In this document: positions 19,864 to 31,830 of the stretch, one piece after another
Numbering within the stretch: position 1 is the first letter of the stretch
Layout: every line of letters begins with the position of its first letter
Assembly (NCBI RefSeq): GCF_018350175.1
Contig: NC_058368.1
Span: 190,404,001 to 190,468,000 of the forward strand
Source of the DNA: Felis catus
Lineage: Eukaryota
Length of the DNA: 64,000 nucleotides
Reading direction: 5' to 3'
The notes under the pieces: generated by a model
Database searches by the model: none
Seen by the model: the letters and a program-made list of their open reading frames with translations, nothing else
Told to the model about the DNA's origin: nothing
Made by a program: the position numbers and the translations under genes

Positions 19864-22606
19864 CCTTCCTTCTATGAAAGAGCCACAGTCATTTATTTTT
19901 AATGAAATTTATTTATTAATAATTGCATTAAAGTAAGCCAGGGCATGTGGGTGAATACACTAAGCCATTATGAAAATGAAATACTTTTATGAGAAGTTTG
20001 TTTGGGTCTTATCAATTCAAAAGGAGTTACTTGAGTATCTAGGAAAGCACCAAGTCTGTTTTTTTTCTTTTTTTTAAACATTCTTTCTTCTAAATTTATT
20101 TTTTCAGGCTCTAGCTCTGTCCAGGTTTTGTTTATAGTAAAGCAATAACAGAAATAATATACTTGTTTGAAAAAAAAGATCTTGTAAACTATTTGACCAA
20201 TGTGTGTAATTTTCTCTTTGGCTCTTCCCCAATTTAGAATATTTATGCGTAAGAAACAAGCTGGAACAACTAAAGTAAGTTTGAAAGTGTGTCAATAGCT
20301 TTTGGTGTTTCTACTCTGCTAAAAGTAAAGAAAAATTTGTCTCTGTCCTTCTCCTCTTTTTCCCCTAAACTCTTCATTTTATACCCTACATCCTGAAAAA
20401 TCTAGTTTAATGAATACCACTGTTGTTATCCACAACTTCTAGTGATATTTTTCACTTTCTACATTTCTCTGGAATTGTGCCAGAACTGCTACAGAAGGAG
20501 CACCCCAATCTTACCTCTTAGAGAAAGAGAACAAAATCACAAATGTTTGATAGAATGTTTGAGTAAGTTATTTGATTTGTTCTTTGATTTCATTCAGTGC
20601 TTTGTTTATTGAATGTTTATTGAATGTCTACTATATTTCAAAGAGATGAACAAAGTGGACAGAAACACATCAGCAAATAAACAGGGACCTTGCAGTGCTT
20701 CTAGACAAATATCATTGGGGATACAGAGAAAGGTAATGGGCTGAGTGAGCTCTGAAGGAACAGATGACAGCTCTGCAGAGATGTGGAAAAAGACAGCTCC
20801 AGGCTGAAGAAGTGCAAAGACACTGTGGTGAGGCAGGTACCTCCAGCTCTACACAGGTCCTGCCTTCTCCTGCTGTTCCATTCCCAGCCAGGTGTGCTCA
20901 TTTACATGGGTTATCTGGCCTCATAAACATTGGCATTTACAGTTTTTGGAAATCTATCCTACTGCCCAATTAAAACTTAAATCCCCTTTACCTGCATCCA
21001 AAACTTGGGGTCATCTACTGGAATAGCTGTAATAGTAGGAAGCCAAATCCAAGTAGCTTGCTTCGTTTGATAGAGCTTGAGCTTCATTAAGCAAGGTGTT
21101 TATTTAAAATCCATTTCTCTTAGATCGCCATACATTATTCCTAGTTCTCCTTCACTGGATGTTTGTACACAGCCTTTCTTAGGTCTGAGTTAATTGCATG
21201 AGCTAATCCAAAGAATGCACCTTGAACAATGCCCAACACATTGTAAGTGCTCCATAAACATTGGCTTTTGTAATTGCTGTTATGCTTGTCATGGTAAATC
21301 TACCCATGAGATAGGCACTATTATTCTCAGCTTACAAACTAGAATACAGGTTTACAAGTGTGAAGTGACATCCAAAGTCACACCACACAGCAGGTAAAAG
21401 GCTCAATCTTAGGTCTTTTAGAGTCCCAAACCCATACTTATAGAAGTTTTTGACTGTGCACTTCTAAGAATGGAAGAGGAAATTACTCCCAATAGGCAGA
21501 AAAGCATGGAACACAACATCCTATTAGTTGATCTTTGTTCTTTCACTATTAACTTTTTCTAAGGGCTGACTTTCTATCACCTAATCATAATAGAAAATAT
21601 TTGTTGTAGAAAATCTTATAAAATATAAGAATATTAAAACAACAAAACCCCAAGCATTTCTTCATGACTTTTTTTCTTTTCTTTTCTTCTTCTTTTTCTT
21701 TTTCTTGGTTTTCACAGTTCTCATCACACTGACTCATTTTAAGTCATTGACACTTGTTCTCACAATGTATGGGTGGTCACTTAAAGATCAGAGCTGAGTG
21801 AATCCTCAGTATGTTCCCTATCATTTCTCAGCAGGCTTAGGTAATAAAAATAGGCACTCTCTACAAATTATGAAAAAGCAGCTGTATCAAAACTGCAAAC
21901 ATGAACTTTCTGTACACTTATTGTAGGAGTGTATGTGTTATGAAAGTTGTCTAACCCATGGCTTTCAAATTCGGATCATTAAAACACAGTAAGATTTCTG
22001 CACCATGATCTAGCACACGTTTATATGAAGCAATACTCTTTTACTATGTCCAATATATTCTGATATATTTTGTATTCTGTGTTTATCCTAAATGCAGGAT
22101 TTAGACCACTAAATAGATTTAATAGCGCTCTCTGGAAAAGTACGACCCATAGTCAGAAAAACAGCAGCCAAACCATTTCTTAGCTACTACCCTTGAGAAT
22201 ATGCTTGATTTAGGACTTCAATTTGATGTGCGATACCAGTCTTAGATTTTCAATTTTTGCATTCTATTACATGAGTCTCCTGAAGGAGAATACTTAGGTT
22301 TTCTACATACTTCTTAAACAGACTCTCCTTCAACTTAATATTCACAACCCTGGATCTCCTTTTCATTTCATAGACTGTGAATGGGGCTCTGGGACTGGCA
22401 AATACCCAGTCTTGCCTGCGTGTAAACAAATGTGTTCACCATACTTTAGAAGTGGTCTGCTTTTCCTTTACTCATGTTATTCTTTCTGTAGCTTGGTTTC
22501 GTTGAGTGACCCCCAGACTGGAGCTTTGCAAAGTGCATCTGAAGTGGGTGTGCGAGCGGAAGACAATATCTACATTATCGAGGACAATCTTTACGTCATG
22601 GATTAA
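2988..22606 (+). CDS. HAVCR1: HAVCR1 / TIM-1 / KIM-1, spliced CDS join(2988-3033,5935-6273,9231-9314,12363-12467,15276-15331,18831-18942,20238-20274,22492-22606), 894 nt, 297 aa
   Basis: Eight exons with AG/GT boundaries and matching phases (1,1,1,1,0,1,2) give an uninterrupted frame from ATG 2988 to TAA 22604-22606. Architecture is signal peptide, IgV (CCRVEHSGWFND), mucin, TM and a tail with AEDNIY, which is diagnostic of TIM-1. It lies upstream of TIMD4 in the same orientation. Confidence 0.96.
3475..3714 (+). mobile_element. 5'-truncated carnivore L1 3' end with (TAAA)n tail
   Basis: GAGAACAAACTGAGGGTTGATGGGGG...GGATGAGCACTGGGTGTTGTATG is shared with the L1 at 18147-18740. Confidence 0.85.
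3851..4072 (+). mobile_element. CAN-SINE
   Basis: GGGGCGCTCTGGTGGCTCAGT head, CT-rich segment, A-rich tail. Confidence 0.9.
4659..5133 (-). mobile_element. Two tandem CAN-SINEs (~4659-4883 and ~4921-5133)
   Basis: Each has a T-rich tail, (AG)n and a reverse-complement head. Confidence 0.9.
5535..5750 (-). mobile_element. Felid CAN-SINE
   Basis: Ends CCAGGCGCCCC. Flanked by AAGAA(A/T)ATGTTAACATAAAAAA direct repeats. Confidence 0.92.
5935..6273 (+). CDS. HAVCR1: HAVCR1 IgV exon (339 nt)
   Basis: Acceptor TTACAG| and donor CAG|GTGAGC. Matches ORF 5943..6341: six Cys, CWGRG, WTNG, RYKL.G...GNVSLTIEN, DSGLYCCRVE.GWFND. Confidence 0.98.
6958..7176 (+). mobile_element. Felid CAN-SINE
   Basis: 19-bp TSD AAGAATTTCATGAAATCCA at 6939-6957 and 7177-7195. 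Confidence 0.93.
8080..8293. mobile_element. MER58-like hAT element
   Basis: Inverted termini AGGGTCAGTAAACT ... AGTTTGCTGACCTCT. Confidence 0.7.
9231..9314 (+). CDS. HAVCR1: HAVCR1 mucin exon A (84 nt): AVVTSVPTSPRAFTSTSSMPAPTQNLKP
   Basis: Branch-like CTAAC and CTCCAG| acceptor, CAG|GTAAAC donor. Phase 1-1 and S/T/P-rich. The end resembles the human exon end MPLPRQNHEP (recalled). Confidence 0.88.
12363..12467 (+). CDS. HAVCR1: HAVCR1 mucin exon B (105 nt): ATSSPVQTAETQPTAPQETRTPQPTSSPLYSCPK
   Basis: Acceptor CCAATAG|, donor AAG|GTAGCT. In frame with ORF 12287..12496. Contains the PTSSPLYS motif seen in TIM-1 orthologues. Confidence 0.92.
14065..14298 (-). mobile_element. Young felid CAN-SINE
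   Basis: CpG-rich with a long T tract. TSD GAGACAGCTTCC(G/A)ATTC at 14048-14064 and 14299-14315. Confidence 0.95.
15276..15331 (+). CDS. HAVCR1: HAVCR1 stalk exon (56 nt): DGNGTVTQSSDGLWHSNQT
   Basis: Acceptor GAGCAG|, donor ACT|GTAAGC. DGN.TVT.SSDGLW..NQT motif with two N-glycosylation sequons (NGT, NQT). Confidence 0.94.
18147..18740 (+). mobile_element. Young 5'-truncated L1 (ORF2 C-terminus, 3' UTR, A tail) in sense orientation in a HAVCR1 intron
   Basis: ORF 18162..18494 is the L1 ORF2 end (…LLGIYPRDT…WKEPKCPS…). AATAAA 18697-18702. Flanking AAGAAAA(A)TGGGTC repeats. Confidence 0.95.
18831..18942 (+). CDS. HAVCR1: HAVCR1 transmembrane exon (112 nt): HVSLAQNSWMTTSKGLYIGISITTVVLLTVLVVVITK
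   Basis: Acceptor CCTTAG|, donor AAA|GTAAGT. KGLYIG is followed by a hydrophobic helix. Confidence 0.94.
19060..19295. repeat. Compound (TTTC)n(TTCC)n microsatellite forming a SINE tail
   Basis: Read directly; abuts the minus-strand SINE at 19296-19493. Confidence 0.95.
19296..19493 (-). mobile_element. CAN-SINE
   Basis: AG-rich segment and reverse-complement head ending CAGATGCCCC. Confidence 0.88.
19827..19861. repeat. (GT)n microsatellite
   Basis: Read directly. Confidence 0.97.
20238..20274 (+). CDS. HAVCR1: HAVCR1 juxtamembrane exon (37 nt): KYLCVRNKLEQL
   Basis: Acceptor TTTAG|, donor AAA|GTAAGT. Phase 1-2 exactly links the TM exon to the last exon. Confidence 0.88.
22492..22606 (+). 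CDS. HAVCR1: HAVCR1 last coding exon: cytoplasmic tail NLVSLSDPQTGALQSASEVGVRAEDNIYIIEDNLYVMD*
   Basis: Acceptor TTCTGTAG|. In frame with ORF 22412..22606. RAEDNIY is the tyrosine motif of the KIM-1b-type tail. Confidence 0.95.
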
Positions 22607-23431
22607 GACCCAGCGGCACTCTAAGGATTTATACCCTTGACTGCAGAAGACAGTGACAAGATATCACCATGTCAGAGTTCTTTTAAGCTCTAGAATGATT
22701 TTTCTGTCAATTTCAAATGATATTCCAATATGTCAGTTATGATGGGTAGGCTGACTTTGGTTCATCTGTGTACAGTCAACCTCATTGGTCATGTAGTCCT
22801 AATTGTTTATACTACAACTGGTTCAGTATTTCTGGTCATTGCAGACATTTCTCTCAAACACGAAGTGAACACTTTAGAATTGTGTATTCTCTTTGGACCC
22901 TATGAACTCTATATCCATCAAGAATTCTCGCTGGTGAGACAGGAGAGGAACTACTACCTTGGTCACCAAAGCTGTCAAGAAGAGTGGAGTAGGAGTTAAA
23001 GTCAGCAAATCCAATTTGGGACTTAAAGTCTTCACTTGGAATCATTTCACAATTATCTCTTGTGTTTTACCTTGTAATAACTCCAAATGTTACATTTCTT
23101 AGGTTCCCCAAGGCTTTCAAATCACAGGGGTACACAGGCTTTTATTTCCTCCATAGGGAAATAGAAGTGAATGTGATATTGCCATTGTGGGTAAATCCAA
23201 TTTCTCATGGCTCTGGAAATACGTGGTATTAAGCCTTTCCTTAGAACCAGGGTGGGTATTTTAGCAGTTAGAAGAAACTAGGGTAATGAGTGAACCAAGA
23301 AGATTCTCCAGGAAAGAAAATCAGTTGATTTATTACATGCTATTTCTGCTACATCTGTTCCATAGTTCCAAGCATTTGTGTAGATAATTGTCATGCTCTC
23401 TGAACTAATTTTTAGAATGAGGCAGGGCATA

Positions 23432-23437
23432 AATAAA
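23432..23437 (+). terminator. Candidate HAVCR1 poly(A) signal AATAAA
   Basis: First canonical AATAAA I can see after the stop codon; a second is at 23922-23927. Actual usage is unknown. Confidence 0.4.
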
Positions 23438-25439
23438 CAGAAGAAAAAAAAAAGGGAGAAGGCTAAAAGGCTTTCTGCTTTAGAAAAGTTACTTTGCAAA
23501 TATCATAATGTTGTTTGAGAGTGTTACTAAGTTTCAGTCAAAATTCTAAATTGTCACTAAACCACTGCAATTTTTAAAATTGTTTTGGAAGGATGAAGGT
23601 GTTTTGTTATTTTTTTTTAATATCAAAGCAATTCCAATGCTATTCTTTTTTTTTTTTTTTCGCATAATTCAGTGAAATTTTTGGCTTTTCCAAGAGAGTT
23701 AAAGAAAGGCTAAAGGTAAGAATTTTTTAGTCAACACAGGCATTTCTACATGAACAGTTAACAAGGTTGGGTATTAATTTCAATCTGAGTAAACCCTGAA
23801 ACAACTCCTGCTTGGGGTTCAGAGATACACTATAGCGGTTGAGGAAGGCAGGATGTTCATTTCTGAGGGCAACAAGCTTGACATTCTTCTGCAGGGTTCT
23901 AGGAAGTTAACAGGACCTCTGAATAAAAGTTATATGGGCAAATAATATTGTTAAACATGCTATCTTGGGTTTTCCAAGTGTGGCCAAGATCTGATCTGGC
24001 CTAAGAAATTTTTTTGTTTTTGTTTTTAAACTACAGTGTTTTTCTTTCAAATTCAAGACAACATGCATAAACATGGTGAATTCAGATGAAAGCCTGAATT
24101 TGTAGCTTTTCTGGAAAGACCTTGCAACATTGGACTGCATTCCTTGGTAGTCAGGGCCCCATTAAATGGTGCTACATCCTCTCAGCCCCTAATGCTCAAC
24201 TTTCCTGCACAGACACACATTTGTCACCTGCTTTGTGACTGGAAATTTGAATTTATAACAGCTCTGCTCTCTCTACCCTTCCTGCAGATTTATGATGGCA
24301 CATTAAAAGTTCTGGGAATCTGGTTAACTTTGTTAATCCAGCACTTCCAAAACTTGCTTGAACACAAGGACTACTGCCATATCCAGTCGCATTCTGTGAA
24401 ACAGAATGTGAGGATGTGTGGGAAAGAAGGTGGTACACAGAATCAGGACTAGGACCTGAGTTCTACTCTTAACAGAAACACTGGATGCCATTAGGGCGAA
24501 TCTTTCTTGATGCCTACATTTTTTAATCTATCAGGCATAATTATTCCTATAATTATGTCAGTGTATAGTGGTACTTCCAATGCTATGTTACTTGTGACAG
24601 GTCTTTGAAAAGCGGAAAACACTACAGAAATGCAAAAAGTGTTTTTTTTAATTTGTTTTTATTTTTTGGTTGATTTTGTAGTAATAGCAGATGTAGATTT
24701 AGTGCTCAGTAAATAATTTCAATGGTGTTGCATTCATATGTATTTTGCTATATGGTACTTTGCTGGAGGGAATAATTTACTTTTTGGAAAGCTGATATAG
24801 GGTAATTGGGCTAATTTTATACTGGAGTAAAAACTATCAATAACTGAAAGGACAAACAGGTGAGTGGGGAGGAAAGGGAGGTGTTCAGTTAATATTAAAC
24901 TCTTTTCTGTGAATATATCCATCTTATAGAATGTATTGATTTGTTTTCAATCCTTTGAGATGATTGAGGTTCCATTTTCTACAAACTGTCTTGTGATGTT
25001 AGGACACTGGTGTAAGTAAGATATCTAAACTTGGGAAATTTTGCACATCTTTAAGAAGTAGCAGAACCAATTTTTCACTAATGGCTGTGAAGATAATTCT
25101 GGGAGTACATGAAAGTATGAGGGACTCTTTGGGACTAGTTTAATTTGTATGTACACTCATTAATAAAACAGATTTTTGTTTTCATTTTGAAAATGACTTG
25201 TTGCTTTCTCAAGCTCATCTGTTGAACATGAGCCAGACATGTTCAACTTGCTGTGGGCTCCTAGGATAAGGGAAAGTAGGGCAAGGTTTGAGAGTCAAGT
25301 GTGCCCAGTGCTCCTCTAAATACTGGGGGTAGAGCAGAGAACAACCCTGAAATCCAGTTCCTGAGAAGCTCCAATTTAGTAGGGAAGAACGCCCCAAACC
25401 ATCAAATTCTATTGCGGAGGAAAAAGAGCATAATGGTAG

Positions 25440-25606
25440 CTAGGCTCCTCAGTTGTGACATTCGGGGCCAGATAACCCTTCATTGTGGAGGCCGTCCTGT
25501 GCATTGTAGGATATTTAGCAGCATCTCTGTCCTCTATGCACTGGAGGAGACAGCTGGGCCCCATGAGTTGTGACAATTACAATACCACCTCTGGTTGAAA
25601 GCCAAC
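25440..25606. mobile_element. MER20-like hAT element
   Basis: GACATTCGGGGCCAGATAA...GTCCTGTGCATTGTAGGATATTTAGCAGCATC core. Confidence 0.75.
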
Positions 25607-26055
25607 GTTAGACAGATACCTGAAGGAAGTGGCTGGTGTGGGGAATGGTGTTGCTCGGTTGGTTATGAGCTACCTCTGGGTAAGAGGTGACATTTAAGTT
25701 GAAACCAAATGAATGTGTGGGCAGCAGCCTCTTCAGGGAGTCTACCAAATGCAAAGGCCTGAATCAGGAAGAAGCCTGTGTATTAAGAGAAAGTAGGGTA
25801 TATTCTAAGGACTAGAAAAAAAAAAAAAACCAAAAACCAAAAAACAAAAAACCCAAAGCAACATTATGGCTGCAGCAGTGAACAAGGGGGACTAGAAAGA
25901 ACTGATGCTGGAGAAATGGCCTGGTAACTGGCAAGATGCTAGGTGAAAAGGGCTCTAGGAACACATCTGTTGGAGAAGAGTCCTTTTCTTAGAAAACAAA
26001 GCACTTGTGCACATTAAAGATTAGACCTGCTATCCATCACTGAATTATATATATA

Positions 26056-26512
26056 TTTTTCAAATGTTTATTTATTTATTTTGAAAGAGAGCAGGGGAAA
26101 GGCAGAGAGAGAGGGAGACAGGATCCCAAGCAGGTGTGAGCTCGGAGCCTGACACAGGGTTAGAACCCACTAACCATGAGATCATGACCTGAGCCAAAAC
26201 CAAGAGTTGGCCGCTTAACTGACTGAGCCACCCAGGTGCCCCTCCAAATTATATTCTAACGTGCATTAATGTGCTCCAGTGACATTGGTCTTAGATCAGA
26301 TCTAAAAAGTTTGGGGGCACCCGGGTGGCTCGGTTGGTTAAGCATCTGACTCTTGGTTTTGGCTCGGGACATGTGATCTCACGGTTTGTGGGTTCAAGCC
26401 CTGAGCCTGCTTGGGATTCTCTGTCTCCCTCTCTCTCTCTCTGCCCCTCCACTCCCCTTCTCTCTCTCTCTTTCTCTCTCAAAATAAGTAAATAAACACT
26501 AAAAAAAATTAA
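26056..26512. mobile_element. Head-to-head CAN-SINE pair (minus ~26056-26242, plus ~26314-26512)
   Basis: Reverse-complement head ends CAGGTGCCCC, ~70 bp spacer, then GGGGCACCCGGGTGGCTC. Confidence 0.9.
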
Positions 26513-27119
26513 AAAGCCAGTTTGATTGGGGTAACAAAACAAGGGGAAGGAGAGGGAAGGGGGGTACATCCCGGCAGTGAGGGGCTTTCCACAGGGCTGT
26601 GTGAGGGCACCCAGGCCCAGCAAGAGAAGTCCTGGAAGAACAGGGCTAGGGTGTCATTGCAGCGTTCAGTAGCAGGTGGTGCAGGGATGCCTTCGGTTGG
26701 CCCACAGTGGATTTTTAAACTAGTTTTGATGTGCACTTTTAGGCAACAGTGCATTAGAACCATGACTTAATGGATATTGTTTAGGATGACTAAAATTTTA
26801 AAGTTAATTAATCTAAAACAACTTGAGTGAACAAGAGCCAGACACCAGTGTGAGTTTAGCAAAGGTCATGCAGACGCATGAAGTCAGGGAAGCAACAGGT
26901 TAGATCAGCTGGGAGGTAGTTCAAATACAGACTCCTGGGCCCCCCTCCTAGAGATTATGTTTCGTAAGACGGGTGGGACCTAAGAGTTTATTTTTTTGTT
27001 TGTTTAAATTACAGAAGACAAGCTACTACAGATTATTTTACATTTCAACCAAAATATTCAGATTTCCTGAAAGAGTATGTAGAAATAAGAGCAGGTAATC
27101 TTCTTTCATTTCTACTTCT

Positions 27120-27582
27120 TTCTTTCCTTTTTAAAAGTTTATTTAAGGGGCGCCTGGGTGGCGCAGTCGGTTAGGCGTCCGACTTCAGCCAGGTCACGAT
27201 CTCGCGGTCCATGAGTTCCAGCCCCGCGTCAGGCTCTGGGCTGATGGCTTGGAGCCTGGAGCCTGTTTCCGATTCTGTGTTTCCCTCTCTCTCTGCCCCT
27301 CCCCCGTTCATGCTCTGTCTCTCTCTGTTCCAAAGATAGGTAAACGTTGAAAAAAAATTAAAAAAAAAAAAAAGTTTATTTAATTTGAGAGAGAGAGAGA
27401 GAGAGCGAGCGAGCGCGCACAAACAGGGGAGGGTCAGAGAGAAGGAGAGACAGAATCCCAAGCAGGCCCCACACCATCAGTGCAGAACCCGATGTGGGGC
27501 TTGAACTCACAAACTGCGAGATCTTGACCTGAGCTGAGATCAAGAGACGGATGCTTAACTGACTGCACCACCCAGGCACCCC
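27120..27582. mobile_element. Young plus-strand felid SINE (27147-27369) nested in the tail of an older minus-strand SINE
   Basis: Inner TSD AAAAGTTTATTTAA (27133-27146, 27370-27383). Outer flanks CATTTCTACTT. Confidence 0.92.
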
Positions 27583-29699
27583 ATTTCTACTTATTTCTAA
27601 AGTGAATCTCGGGAAATGAAGCTGGAAACCTTATATTTAGAGTGGGTGGGTATTTTCATGCCAGTTTTGAAGACAAAATTTCTCAGAGTCCCCCGATGTA
27701 GGGAAGATGCATTTATCCTCTGCATTTCATAGCCTGGTTTGTGCAGAATTGTTTCTTCTGGGTTCAAAAGTGCTCTCTAGAAGGAAAGAAATAGCAATTG
27801 ATCATTTGTTCTTCCTCTGATCAAGTTTCTTTATCAGTTGGTTGTGGACCACTTTGGGTACACGTCCTCCCAAGACTTGGTTTCTTCTTTGACTCTTGAT
27901 GACATCAGATTATCTGAGGAAATATAACAGAAGGGCATTCCTCACCCCTCTGCAAAGGCGATGACAGGTAGCACAAATAAGTAGCTTTGATGTGGAACAT
28001 GAGCATGGTGTCTGTAGGGCTGTGGGAGAGTCTAATAATTAGGACCCCCAGGAATCTAATTGCAAGGTTCCCTTGGGGATTGTCAAGGGCCCTTCCAACT
28101 CTGACTTGTAGTCATCGGTTACCAATTGTGTCTTCCCACTCCTTCCGTCCCTTCCCCCACACGGCCATCGGGATAATCTAAAGAACCAAGATCTGATTGT
28201 GTAAAGTGTGAACTGAAAAGCTCCCACTGCTCTCTGGTGGGTAAAAGTTTGTAATAAGCCCGTCAGAGCATCTTCCTTGTCTGCTTCATGCAGCCCCTCT
28301 CTGCCATACTCCAGTGGATGGAAATGCCTCAGATACCCACTCTCTGCTCTGCAGGTCAACTCACCCTCCAGGAATGCTTGTCTCCTACCTCTCCACTGGG
28401 TATGTCATTCCTCAAGGTTCAGCTCAAAATGTTTCTTCTTCAGCCTTTCTGGACCTCATCTACCTAGACAGAATTAATCCCATCTTACGAATACTTCTGT
28501 GCAACCCTTTCTAGTCACTGGGTGAATGTAATGGAGTGCCTCCCCTCGGCATACAAGCGTGGTGCTAATGCCTAGCTCAGCTCATTCTACATGAGGCCAG
28601 GGCATGTGTGGCATCTTTGCGTCAATTACAAGCAGGCCCCCTCTTCCTTCTGGCTGACACAGCCCTGAGCCAGGGCCGAGACTTGTCCAACTGAATCTGT
28701 ACAAAGTACTACAACCATAAATAGTGACTAATAACTTAGTTCTTTGTGTTAAAGGAATTTCAGTTGACGCTTTTTATACTGAGATCTTTGAGGGAAGTAT
28801 CTAGTGTCTTAGCACCTAGCATTCATATGAGTTACTTAATACATAGCTGTGAAAATGAGAGTAAATTGTCTGAAAGAACATTTCCTAGAAACTTTGTGTA
28901 TGTGCTACAGCGGGGTGGGGAAGCGAAGAATGTCTTTAAAACTCTTTTAGGATATAGAAACAACTCTGTTCGTATGACTGGCCGGAGTGTAGGAGTCTGT
29001 GTGACTCCCAAGGACTCTCTGAGGCCAGTGATTTGTAACCTTGGCTGTAAATTATAATCACCTGGGAAGCTTGGCCAACCTACCTCTACTCAGACCAATT
29101 GAATCAGAATCTCAGTAAGTGGGGCCCAGATAGTGCAGCTTTTCAGTCTCTGCAGGTGATTTCAATGTATAGCTGAGACTGCAAACCACTGACCTAGAGA
29201 GAGGGGGAGGGAAAATTACAGCATGTTTTCTTGTTCTGTGTGACAAGTGCTCTGGAAAACATAAAACAGTACAAACTAAAACAAGAAAATATCAACAAGG
29301 GGCTGGGGCAGGTGAACAACCAAGTAGGAAAGGGCATGCTGCTGGGTAACAGCAGATCTGTCCTACATCTGGCTTCTATGGCAACAGCATTATATTGGCA
29401 GCCCTGGGGACAAGAAGTCTGGACGTTGCTTCACTTTTGTAAAGCTTCTCAGGAAGTTGGCCCATGGCTGTCTAGCTGACTGTCCCTGGGCCTCCTAAGA
29501 ACTAAATGTTTTCTTCTACAAGTTGTAAGAATAAGCAAAGAAGAAAATCCCCTTTGGCCTGTGAGGAAATGCTCTAAGGTAAACTTCTCTGTTTTTGTAC
29601 TGTGGATTGCTGAGACGGGGTTTGCTCTATCTGGCAGTTCCTGCACCTGCTTGAACCTAAAAAATACTTGGATGAGGACTGATTCACACATTTCTCAAT

Positions 29700-31830
29700 A
29701 GACTTTATTTTTTTTTTTTTAGAGCAGTTTTAGGCTTACAGAAAAGCTGAGCGGAAAGTATGGAGAGTTCCCATATAATCACCCTCCTCTCTCCTAAACA
29801 ATGCATTCTCCTCCACCATTAACAGCTCTCCCAAATGTGGTACATTTGGTGTCACTGGTGAACCACCATTGACATATCACTATCAACTGAAGTCCATAGT
29901 TTACATTAGGGTTCATACTTTGCATTGTGAATCCTAAGGATTTGGGAAAATGTATAAGGATGTGTATCCACCATTATAGTATCATACAGAATAGTTCTAC
30001 TGCCCTAAAAATCCCTTATGCTCCACCTTATTCTTCCCTCACTCCCCCCAGACCTGGGATAACCACTATCCTTTTTATTGTCTCCATAGTCTCACCTTTT
30101 CCAGTATGTTATCTGATCGGAATTATATAGTATGTGGCCTTTTCAGATTGACTTCTTTCACTAAGCAGTATGAGTTTAGGGTCCCTCTATTTCTTTTTGT
30201 GGAATGATAGTTCACTGTTTTGATGTACTACAGTTTGTTTACTCATTGACCAATTGAAGGACATCTTGGTTGCTTCCAAGTTTGGGCAATTATGAATAAA
30301 GCTGCTATAAATACCCAAGGGCAGGTTAAGGACAATGTTTGCTTGGTAAAGAGTAGTTTTAATTTTGTAAGAAACTGTTAAACTGTCTCCCAAAGTGTCT
30401 ATAGCATTTTGTATTCCCATCAGCGATGAATGAGAGTTCCTGTTGTTCCACACCCTTTCCAGCAGTGGGTGTTGAACTTCAGCCATTCTAGTAGGTGTGT
30501 ATGCCGTTGTTGTTTTCATCAGCATTCTCTAATAACATATGCTGTTGAACATGTTTTTATGTTTATTTGCTATCTAGATAGCTTCTTTGGTGAAGTATCT
30601 ATTCAGATATTTTGACCATTTTTAAATCAGGTTGTTCATTTTCTTATGGTTGAGTTTTAAGAGTTATTTGCATATTTTGCATTTTGGTCTTTCATCAGAT
30701 ATGTCTTTTGCAAATGTTTTTTTCACAATCTATGGCTTGTCTTCTCATTCTCTTGACAGTATCTTTTGCAGAGCAGAAACAATTTTAGTGAAGTTCAGCT
30801 CATCATGGTTTTTCTTTCATGGATCATGTCTTTGGTCTTGTTTCTAAAAAGTTCATTGCCATACCTAAGGTCAGTCAGATTTTTTCCTATGTTATCTTCT
30901 AGGAGTTTTATAGTTTGGCACTTTATGTTTTGGGGTATGATCAATTTTGAGTTAATTTTTGTGAAGGGCATAAGGTCTGAATCTAGGTTTGGATTTTTGC
31001 ATGTGGATATCTAGTTGTTCTAGCACCATATGTTGAAAAAACAATTCTGCCTCCATTGAATTTCCTTTGCTCCTTTGTCAAAGAGCTGGTGACTATATCA
31101 GTGTTGTTCCCTTTCTTGGCTCTCTATTTTGCCCATTTATTTATTTTTCTATCCTCTGGTTAATAGAACACTGTCTTGATTACTGTAGCTTTATAATAAA
31201 ACTTGAGATTGGGTAGTGTCAATCCTCTGACTTTGTTCTTCAGTATTATGTTGACTATTCTGGATCTTTTGCCTCTCTCTAGACACTTTAGAATCAGTTT
31301 GTCAATCTCCACACAATAACTTTCTGGGATTTTGATTGGGATTGCATTGAGCCTATGGATCAGGTTGGGAGGAACTGACATTTTAACAATATTGAGTCTT
31401 CAGATCCATGAACATGAAATATCTGTTCATTTATTTAATTCTTTGATTTTTTTCATTAATTTTGTAGCTTTCCTCATATATATCTTACACAAATTTTGTT
31501 ATATTTATACCTAAGTATTTCAGTTTTGAGTACTAATATAGATGGTTTTACATAGAAAAGCAATAGACTTTGGATATTAACCTTGTATCTTGCAACCTTG
31601 CTGTAATGGATTATTCTAGGATTTTTTTTTTTTTTAGTCAATTCTTTTGGATTTCCAATGTAGACAATCTTGTCACATGTGAACAAAAGAGTTTTATTTC
31701 TTCCTTCCCCATCGATATATCTTTTATTTCTTTTTCTTGTCTTTTGCATTGGCTAGGACTTCCAGTATCATGTTGAAAGGGCATACCTTTTTTGTTCCTG
31801 ATCTTAGTGGAAAAGCATCTTGTTTGGGCT
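29700..31830 (-). mobile_element. Old L1 (3' UTR and degenerate ORF2)
   Basis: Minus-strand ORF fragments with L1 ORF2 similarity (31160..31381 'NAIPIKIP…LTLPNLKFYYKATVIKT'; 31638..31838 'EEIKLF'). T-rich 3' end near 29700. Confidence 0.88.
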
